From positions 1-57,427 of the forward strand of contig CAVIES010000001.1 in NCBI GenBank assembly GCA_963641675.1: DNA of 57,427 nt. The letters run 5' to 3'. Shown here piece by piece: positions 36,429 through 43,118 of this stretch; position 1 is the first letter of the stretch, and every line of letters begins with the position of its first letter. The notes beneath the pieces are model-generated. The model worked only from the letters and a program-made list of their open reading frames with translations, was not told the DNA's origin and searched no databases. The translations under genes and the position numbers were made by a program. Source of the stretch: Anaerovoracaceae bacterium (GTDB lineage: Bacteria > Actinomycetota > Coriobacteriia > Coriobacteriales > Atopobiaceae).

Positions 36429-36755
36429 TTAGTAAGAGAGGCCGCGAGCGCCCTTGATGTTGCCGAGCTCATCGCGGATGGCAGGGCCGGGGCACACGAT
36501 GTCCATGCGTCCCTTCACTGCCTGCCGCACCATGCGGCTCACGATGTAGGTGACTCCGTCAACAGCAGGCGGGAGGTTGGATACAGCCCCGAACTCCGGC
36601 TGAAAGATAGGCACCCCGCAGACATCCCCAATACGGGTGTTCGTCTGCATGACGCGCGGCGTCCGCATGTTCTCAGCGGGCATGAGGCTCAGCACCTCCT
36701 TGCCCAGTTCGTCATAGATCTTGAGGGGATGCGGAGTGAGATTAAAGAATTTCAT
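36429..36755 (-). CDS. 108-aa NLTPH-motif protein, candidate Crn4-like ring nuclease
   Basis: NLTPH, LPP..G..YIVSRMV, R.D..CP, IRD..G.I.G; start re-set to ATG 36755 behind AAAGGA; family assignment from memory. Confidence 0.55.
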   Translation of the reverse strand: MKFFNLTPHPLKIYDELGKEVLSLMPAENMRTPRVMQTNTRIGDVCGVPIFQPEFGAVSNLPPAVDGVTYIVSRMVRQAVKGRMDIVCPGPAIRDELGNIKGARGLSY

Positions 36756-36846
36756 AGCTTTGAATCCTTTTAGAGTACAACAACATAGATACAACACGCC
36801 CCACCATGCATTGATATGCGTGGCAGGGCTTCGAGGGGTTGCACTT

Positions 36847-37107
36847 TTAGTCAGGTGCAAACTGATAGACGTGGGTGAGCACGCACCCAGCCCCGAGTCC
36901 GAACTCAGGGTAATGGTAGAACCCATTCTCCTCTGAGTCCCACTCAAAGTCAAAGGTAGGCGAGGGGAAGCCCTGATGATGCAGGGACTCAACCCACGCA
37001 TCAACCTCGGCCATGTCTTCGGCAGACAGACTGCCGTCCTCTCCGTACTCAAGGTACGGGATGCACCACTCAGGCAGGTGCACATCCATTTCGGCGATGA
37101 TCTTCAT
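36847..37107 (-). CDS. Small, very acidic early protein
   Basis: ATGA-coupled; LPEWCIPYLEYGEDGSLS..EVDAW; only one K/R. Confidence 0.7.
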   Translation of the reverse strand: MKIIAEMDVHLPEWCIPYLEYGEDGSLSAEDMAEVDAWVESLHHQGFPSPTFDFEWDSEENGFYHYPEFGLGAGCVLTHVYQFAPD

Positions 37108-37460
37108 GCCTGTTCTCCTGCACGTGTTATGGGAAGTGCAAGCCAGTTGTCCTTGAAGCTCCTATGGGTCTTGCCGTCCGCCCCGACTCCCAACATGGCA
37201 AGCCATGCGGGAGCGTACTCCCGAGCGAACATCCTGATGTGGCGGGCGGTGGATACACTCCACCCCTGCCACCGCTTATGGAACGCCCCATTAGCGTCCA
37301 CCTCCGCCACGATTGTGTCGTAGCTCATGAGGCGCTTGGAGCCGTTGTCATCGAGGATGACAATGGCGTTACCACGGAAGCTATGCGGGGGTGCATAGGG
37401 TGAGGCGGTGAGACGCTTGGTGTTCCAATGCGCACGGATGTCTGCGTATGAGTAACGCAT
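37104..37460 (-). CDS. Early phage protein with L.SY.T.VA...WS.ST.RH motif
   Basis: Motif pattern common in phage early genes; AAAGGAATT RBS before ATG 37460. Confidence 0.7.
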   Translation of the reverse strand: MRYSYADIRAHWNTKRLTASPYAPPHSFRGNAIVILDDNGSKRLMSYDTIVAEVDANGAFHKRWQGWSVSTARHIRMFAREYAPAWLAMLGVGADGKTHRSFKDNWLALPITRAGEQA

Positions 37461-37541
37461 GATTTCAATTCCTTTAGACAAGTTGATGCTGTGCCCATGC
37501 TTGCCCCCATGGGCGAGGGGTGTGGCTGATGACAGGCCCTT

Positions 37542-37751
37542 TTAGGGCCTGTCCGTGTCGGCGAGGCGTGCCTCTACCCACGTGACCGCCTGGGACACGG
37601 TGACGATGTTGTACGGCTCCTTGCGGAGGCTACCCTGTTCGTGCACATGCCATGTGCCGTCGGTGCGGCGGGTAATGAAGAAGGTGCGCCCAAGGGCGTT
37701 GACCTCGTAGGTGTAGAAGTCCCAGTCGGCGTGAGTGATGATTTCCATCAT
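37542..37751 (-). CDS. Small early beta-alpha protein
   Basis: AAAGGAGTT RBS; GTWHV..TVSQAVTWVE. Confidence 0.7.
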   Translation of the reverse strand: MMEIITHADWDFYTYEVNALGRTFFITRRTDGTWHVHEQGSLRKEPYNIVTVSQAVTWVEARLADTDRP

Positions 37752-37807
37752 GGTTTAACTCCTTTAAGAATTGGTTGGTGCCTATGGTTACCCCCATAGG
37801 CAGGGGG

Positions 37808-38008
37808 TTAGAGATACTGGAGGACGGCGTTCTTGGCACGGCGGTAGGAGACGCCGCAAATCTTGGCGAGCTCCATGGTCATGTCGGTGAGGAGGAACTG
37901 CTCGCAGTCGTCGTCCTTGTACCCACACCCGAACTCCTCCCACGAACGGTAGATGCGGCGGATCTTGCGAGCGGTGAGGGCGGCATTCTTTGCAAGGGAC
38001 TTTTTCAT
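37808..38008 (-). CDS. Small early protein, possible C-terminal HTH
   Basis: AAAGGAATT RBS; ELAKICGVSYRRAKNAV. Confidence 0.65.
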   Translation of the reverse strand: MKKSLAKNAALTARKIRRIYRSWEEFGCGYKDDDCEQFLLTDMTMELAKICGVSYRRAKNAVLQYL

Positions 38009-38028
38009 TTGTTAATTCCTTTAAGCAA

Positions 38029-38373
38029 TTAAATTGAGAGGAGCCAATTAAGCTTTATTTGCTCAATAGCTTCCTCGAATGTTTGGGCATCGATATGAGA
38101 ATAATCGAAATGCCCATTTACTTCTGAAAACACCGAAGCCTTTACAGGCGCGGTGCCGCCAAGTGTTTCCACACACAAGCCGCACTCACTTTTTGGGTGT
38201 GACTGTGGTGCCACATGCACGACACGGCGCTTGTCTAAGGCCAAATGTTCCCAGATGAAAAACCCGTCCGCTGTTTGAGTGGGGCGGCGGAACGTGCCCC
38301 AATGTGTTGTCACACAGTTTGCCTCCGAAAGGTTGTTAGGGTTTACCCCTAATAGGAGTGAGAGGTGTCGCAC
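38029..38373 (-). CDS. Hypothetical protein (start uncertain)
   Basis: 114-aa ORF in operon orientation, no clear RBS. Confidence 0.4.
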   Translation of the reverse strand: MRHLSLLLGVNPNNLSEANCVTTHWGTFRRPTQTADGFFIWEHLALDKRRVVHVAPQSHPKSECGLCVETLGGTAPVKASVFSEVNGHFDYSHIDAQTFEEAIEQIKLNWLLSI

Positions 38374-38385
38374 GCATAGCGTGCG

Positions 38386-38769
38386 TTAGACCAGTACAAC
38401 TAGGGCTAGACCGGAGCACTTTGGTGCTGGTCTAGCTAGTTGGTCTAGTCAAATTAGAATTTTTGAGTTACAGCTAACCCGTTGATTCTATAACCATATG
38501 AATCATAGGTGTGCCTAATTAGTTCTAATTTGACTAGACCACTAGACGTGGTGGCCTACCGGTTTGCCTACATAAGGTAAATTTACGCCTAGGTAGAAAT
38601 GCCTAGAGCAGACAAACAAGATAGACGAAAGTAAATCCTAGTTGGTCTAGCGGTCTAGCCATATATAATAATAAATAAATTTATTTATATATAACAGTAC
38701 AGTAGCCTGCCTAGACCGACTAGACCAACCGCTAGACCACAACAAGACCAAGCGAAAAAGCTGGTCTAG
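38386..38769. repeat. Iteron cluster, candidate replication origin
   Basis: CTAGACC at 38406, 38534, 38711, 38720, 38732; GGTCTAG at 38429, 38442, 38644, 38652, 38763; pure A/T tract 38661-38694; 19-bp inverted repeat 38441-38459/38523-38541. Confidence 0.75.
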
Positions 38770-38870
38770 CCGCGCTCCCGCGCGGCTTAGCCCTGGGATT
38801 CCTCGCACACATGTGGAGAGCCCACCCCCGAGGGGGCTTTTATAAGTTTGATGATAGGCCCGCAAAAAAC

Positions 38871-38906
38871 TAAAACATTAAAGGGATTAATCCCTTTAAT
38901 GTTTTA
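38871..38906. repeat. Perfect 36-bp palindrome
   Basis: TAAAACATTAAAGGGATT|AATCCCTTTAATGTTTTA. Confidence 0.97.
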
Positions 38907-38930
38907 ATCCTTTCAATCTGTGTTTGTCTA

Positions 38931-38970
38931 ATACATTGAAGGCCATTCAATTGAATGGCCTTCAATGTAT
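38931..38970. repeat. Perfect 40-bp palindrome
   Basis: ATACATTGAAGGCCATTCAA|TTGAATGGCCTTCAATGTAT. Confidence 0.97.
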
Positions 38971-38998
38971 CCGCTCTATCGAGCGGATACCTTTTATT
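38967..38998. terminator. 10-bp hairpin at the end of the first early gene
   Basis: GTATCCGCTC-TATC-GAGCGGATAC followed by CTTTTATT on the + strand. Confidence 0.5.
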
Positions 38999-39581
38999 AC
39001 GCGGAGACTTTCAATGAGCGGCACTTAACTACCGCTTCAATGTATGCCGCACGTGCTTCCCAGCGTCCTTTGCTTGCCAAGTCCTTAGCTTTCTTAGCCT
39101 TGTTAGCGCAGTCAGCTACGGTATCAGTCAGGAGCTTAAGCATGTATTCCTCAGCGGAGAGTTCCGCATCAGCCTTCGCCTTCGCTTCCTTTTCCTTTGC
39201 CGCCTCAGCCCTTTTCTTCTCGCTAACATAGCCGATGAAGGCTTCAGTCTTTGCACGCTTACACGCCTCAACAATCATAGTGTTTGATGTGGTACGCCAG
39301 TGCTTATTTTCGTCCTGATGAATGCCGGCTTCATACTGCATGAAATCAAACAGTTGCGTTTTGTACTTACATGCAACTTTGTTTTCTTTCAGCGTTTTGC
39401 CAATCGCTTTAATGTAATCATCTTTGGCGATATCGTCTTTGCTGAGTGCTGTAACTGATCCGAGCACGCGCATCATGATGCGCTGTAAGTATTCGTTAAC
39501 GCTATTGCAAAGAGACAAACCAGATTCAACCGTTTTCGCGAGCTCTACGAGCTCGAGTTTCGCCGTTGTTTTTTCTGCCAT
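38997..39581 (-). CDS. First gene of the early arm, Lys/Ala-rich helical protein
   Basis: AAAGGAGTT RBS before ATG 39581; visibly lower GC than the core genes. Confidence 0.8.
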   Translation of the reverse strand: MAEKTTAKLELVELAKTVESGLSLCNSVNEYLQRIMMRVLGSVTALSKDDIAKDDYIKAIGKTLKENKVACKYKTQLFDFMQYEAGIHQDENKHWRTTSNTMIVEACKRAKTEAFIGYVSEKKRAEAAKEKEAKAKADAELSAEEYMLKLLTDTVADCANKAKKAKDLASKGRWEARAAYIEAVVKCRSLKVSA

Positions 39582-39981
39582 TTTCAACTCCTTTAAGTGA
39601 AACAGTGGAAAAGCCCACTATAAAGCGCTCACCTACGAAAGCATAAGCGCTTTAACTGGGTTTTTTCGGACTTTATTGGTAATGCAGTTGTAAGCTTTAG
39701 CACCTAACGCCCACTCGAAAATTCGAGTTATTCACGCCCACTACTCTGTGCCAATTTCCCCGGGAACACCGGTTATCTTGCAGGCACGGCTATCTACCTC
39801 AGCGCAGTTTCCCGCGCCAATTTGTTACGCTACAACATCAGGCTTATGCACTCACTCAGTCTTCACAGCCCCCAAGTTCCTTCATGCAGTGCGATATTCT
39901 GCGCTGTTTAGATACCCCTTGTGGGCGCTGTTTAGCATTGATTTAACTGCAATCAATGCCCCACATTACAGACCAATTCCG

Positions 39982-39994
39982 AATTGTTAAAGAG
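39982..39994 (-). promoter_or_regulatory. boxA-like antitermination element
   Basis: CTCTTTAACAATT on the - strand matches the rrn/lambdoid boxA core CTCTTTAACA; sits in a non-coding leader. Confidence 0.7.
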
Positions 39995-40554
39995 TCCCAA
40001 CTTTCATTACTCATCAGCGCCGCTTTCACTCGCGGAGAGTGTCTGCTTATGCACTGCAGAATTACTCGCTTGGGGCGAATGATCTTGCTGACTCATTCGC
40101 TAGGCATCGAACTGCATGCCTTACACATAACGCACATAGCACGAACAACAGGGTTTACCCCTAAAACGGGGCAAAACGGGTTCTCGCGTGAAAAATTTTG
40201 AGGAGTCCTAGGGGTTAGAGGGGGGCAGGCGGGGGTGGGGGTACCCGTCTCGCCGACCCCCGTGGAGGGGGTCTTAATTCACACCCCTAAAACGCCTCCC
40301 ATTTTTCAAGGGTCTCTACAAGTCTCCCTGTGTAACCACTCCGACCGGCCCAACCCGGCGTCCCAAGACGCCTAAAACCCCTGGCATTCCCCAGGAACCC
40401 CTCAACCATCCCACAACCTATTGCCCGCCTGGTAAAAGGTCTACACAAGTCATTACAAACGTGGTAAGATGCGCAGCACGGTGATCCGAGACTTTCGTGA
40501 CCTAGTGCTGTAATCCTCCGACCCGATTACCCGTTCAAGCTATCTCGGACACCG

Positions 40555-40692
40555 TCAACTTGTTCAAGCGGCCTGTTTCCGTTCAACCAGGCGCTGGGGG
40601 AGTTCCTTTCTCACACTGAGTTTTCTTTCCCCGGTGCCGCAATAAGACGAGCTCTGGTTCTGCAAATCACTCAGGCCGCTTGAACAAGTTGA
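40555..40692 (+). ncRNA. Candidate structured small RNA or leader
   Basis: Perfect 21-bp inverted repeat 40555-40575/40672-40692 enclosing AACCAG/CTGGTT and GGCGCTGGGG/CCCCGGTGCC stems. Confidence 0.5.
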
Positions 40693-40744
40693 TAAGCGCA
40701 TCTGGGAATTTCAGTTCCCTGCCTCCCTGCCAATCGGAGAAAAC

Positions 40745-41365
40745 ATGGAATCACCGCTCCTTGGGATGCCTGGCATCCTTTGTGACAAACAGATCGCTGA
40801 AGAGGCTCGCATCCACGGGATGATCGAGCCTTTTTGCGAATCTACGAACAAGAACGCCGAAGGCAAGAAGATCTGCTCTTATGGCGTGTCGTCCTACGGC
40901 TATGACGTCCGCCTCAGCGGCGAGTTCTTTGTAGCTCGTGACACCCGTCCGATGAGCGCCAACCCTGGGATGCTGGACGTCCACGACGCCTGGAGTGTGC
41001 GCGACGCCTTCGTAGCGAAGCAGGTGCCCGAAGGAGAGGCCTTGGTGATCCCTCCGCATGGCTTTGTGCTGGCATGCACCAAGGAGACCATCAAGATGCC
41101 CAAGGACTGCCTTGCCGTGTGCATGGGCAAGTCCACCTACGCCCGCGTGGGGCTCGTGGTGAACGTCACGCCCCTTGAACCCGGCTGGGAAGGGCAGGTG
41201 ACAATGGAGCTCTCCAACACGACCCACCTCCCTGTGAAGGTCTACGTCGGGGAAGGCATCATGCAGGTGCTGTTCTTCCGAGGTGCTGTGGCCTGTGAGA
41301 ACCCTTACACCGCTCGCAGCGGGAAGTACCTGGGTCAGACGGGTCCGACTCTTCCGAGGATGTGA
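40745..41365 (+). CDS. dcd: dCTP deaminase
   Basis: SYGVSSYGYDVRL, IPPHGFVL, GKSTYARVG, TPLEPGWEG, GKYLGQ. Confidence 0.93.
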   Translation: MESPLLGMPGILCDKQIAEEARIHGMIEPFCESTNKNAEGKKICSYGVSSYGYDVRLSGEFFVARDTRPMSANPGMLDVHDAWSVRDAFVAKQVPEGEALVIPPHGFVLACTKETIKMPKDCLAVCMGKSTYARVGLVVNVTPLEPGWEGQVTMELSNTTHLPVKVYVGEGIMQVLFFRGAVACENPYTARSGKYLGQTGPTLPRM

Positions 41366-41366
41366 G

Positions 41367-41567
41367 ATGCCCATTCGCCCTGAAAGTGACTACGTGAAGA
41401 TCAACGTGCGCATCACCAAGCGGCAGCAGGAGTGGTTGCGCAACCGCACCGAGCAGTTCGGGCAGAGCTACAACTGGATTATCCGCTGGGCCCTCTCTGA
41501 ACTCATTGGACGGGTTGAGCAGGGCGATAAGGAGAAGGCGGACGATGCTCGCAAGCAAGTACCGTAA
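41367..41567 (+). CDS. Ribbon-helix-helix (Arc/CopG-like) DNA-binding protein
   Basis: KINVRI strand, then QQEWLRNRTEQFGQSYNWIIRWAL; start re-set to ATG 41367. Confidence 0.75.
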   Translation: MPIRPESDYVKINVRITKRQQEWLRNRTEQFGQSYNWIIRWALSELIGRVEQGDKEKADDARKQVP

Positions 41568-42015
41568 CATCGACCCTCGGATGATCTACGACCTCGCCTC
41601 CGGGGTCGAAGAGCCTGATGAGGTCGCAAAGCGATATGGGTTTGAAGGGGATGAGTGGGACCAGCTGGCCGAACGGCCGGAACTCATCCGAGCTGTGAAG
41701 CAGCAGGCTGCTGAGCAGGCTAAGAACGGCACCACGCTCAAGAACAAGGCGCGTCTCCTCTCGGACTCCATGCTGAACAACCTGTACACGGCAGCAATGC
41801 GAGAGGACGTGCCAGTCAAGGACAAAGCCTCGGCTCTCCTGGCAGTCACCAAGCTGGCTGGGCTGGACGTCCCCGCTCAGTCGCAGGCCCAGGGGGCGGG
41901 GTTCTCGATCACGATCAACCTCCCGGCGGAAACATCGAAGGTAAGGCCTCCCGCTGTGGAGGTGGTCGCGACAGAAACGAAAGCACTGGAGGACAAAGAT
42001 GTACACGACGACTAA
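41545..42015 (+). CDS. Probable terminase small subunit
   Basis: N-terminal HTH-like EVAKRYGF, KLAGLD..GFSITINL C-terminal strand, upstream of TerL. Confidence 0.65.
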   Translation: MLASKYRNIDPRMIYDLASGVEEPDEVAKRYGFEGDEWDQLAERPELIRAVKQQAAEQAKNGTTLKNKARLLSDSMLNNLYTAAMREDVPVKDKASALLAVTKLAGLDVPAQSQAQGAGFSITINLPAETSKVRPPAVEVVATETKALEDKDVHDD

Positions 42016-42880
42016 CAAGTCCACCACTCGTGTGGGGCAGTCGCAGGCCACAGTGCTTGCACGTACCATAGGCCCGACAGGGCGCTACGCAACGGAGATC
42101 ACCACATGGGAGCTTGTGTACCCTCGTTACATTCACAGCGAGCTCATGACGCATCGGATGTTCTCACGAAACGCGTCTTCGTCTCGTGCTACACCTGTAA
42201 AGACTCTGATCGCCGAGGTGGAGGCAAACCCTGTCTACTTCGACGAGGTGCGGCTCAATCAGAAGGGTATGACGGGTGGTGAGCTTGTTCCTGAGACCGT
42301 GGAGAAGCAGTTCCACGACCTGTGGACGCAGGGGGCTGTCGTGGCTGCAAGCATCGCCAAGCAGATGGCGGAGCTGGGAATCGCCAAACAGACAGTGAAC
42401 CGCATCCTGGAGCCCTTCCTGCCTATTCGGACCATCGTGACCGCCACGGAGGCGGATAACTTCTTCCGACTCCGCCTTGCCGGGGATGCCCAGCCGGAGA
42501 TCCGCTCCCTGGCCAAGGCCATGCTGCAGTCCCGGGACAGCGTGACGCCTGTCGATGATGGGGTGCATATTCCTTATGTGGAAGCCTTCGCCAAGGAGCC
42601 GAGCCAGGTGCATGCCGTCGTGCGAAGCATCGCAGCGTGTGCGCGTGTGAGCGTGCTGCGTGGGGACGGCAAGGAGACGAGCTACGAGGAGGACCTCGCG
42701 TTCGTCAAGCGCCTCCTGAACTCCGGGCATATGACGCCTTTCGAGCATGTGGCCTTCTGGGCAGGTGACGGGATGCATGCCAACTTCCGAGACTGGCAGA
42801 GCGTGCGCAACTGCATCGAAGAGGAAAAGTACACGGATGCCGTCATGTCTGAGCTCGGTGAGGTGCTGTGGCATGAGTGA
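41999..42880 (+). CDS. thyX: FAD-dependent thymidylate synthase
   Basis: PRYIHSELMTHRMFSRNASSSR, VNRILEPF, NFFRLR..AQPEI, HMTPFEH. Confidence 0.88.
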   Translation: MYTTTNKSTTRVGQSQATVLARTIGPTGRYATEITTWELVYPRYIHSELMTHRMFSRNASSSRATPVKTLIAEVEANPVYFDEVRLNQKGMTGGELVPETVEKQFHDLWTQGAVVAASIAKQMAELGIAKQTVNRILEPFLPIRTIVTATEADNFFRLRLAGDAQPEIRSLAKAMLQSRDSVTPVDDGVHIPYVEAFAKEPSQVHAVVRSIAACARVSVLRGDGKETSYEEDLAFVKRLLNSGHMTPFEHVAFWAGDGMHANFRDWQSVRNCIEEEKYTDAVMSELGEVLWHE

Positions 42881-43118
42881 CGGCGATGTGTGGGTTGGGT
42901 GGATGTGCATCTTGCCTGTGGCCTTAGTGGCGTTCATCATTGGCTTCATCGTTGGTGCTTGGGTCATGTACGACGCGAAGCAGGAAGAGACGACTATTGA
43001 GATGCGGCTTGACGACCAGCAGATGCGGGTTGACGACCAGCAGATGCGGCTTGACATCCTTGTTGATGAGTTGAAGCACTCAAAGATCGGGAGTGAGATC
43101 AATTGGGACAGGCTCTAA
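42873..43118 (+). CDS. Small single-TM protein with heptad repeats
   Basis: Hydrophobic N-terminus; 21-bp tandem repeat 43000-43055 (MRLDDQQ). Confidence 0.6.
   Translation: MSDGDVWVGWMCILPVALVAFIIGFIVGAWVMYDAKQEETTIEMRLDDQQMRVDDQQMRLDILVDELKHSKIGSEINWDRL

Noticed and set aside
38386..38769. CRISPR or mini-array
   Set aside because: Repeats are 7 bp, in both orientations and irregularly spaced; the Cas4-like gene is an ordinary phage replication nuclease.
40000..40045. Hammerhead-like CTGATGAG..GAAA on the - strand
   Set aside because: Stem II is essentially absent and stems I and III cannot be formed around the core.
39748..40201. Two short + strand ORFs in the early leader
   Set aside because: No RBS, atypical composition; the region is better explained as structured non-coding RNA on the - strand.
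40555..40692. Retron msr-msd-like layout (long terminal inverted repeats)
   Set aside because: No reverse transcriptase in the window.
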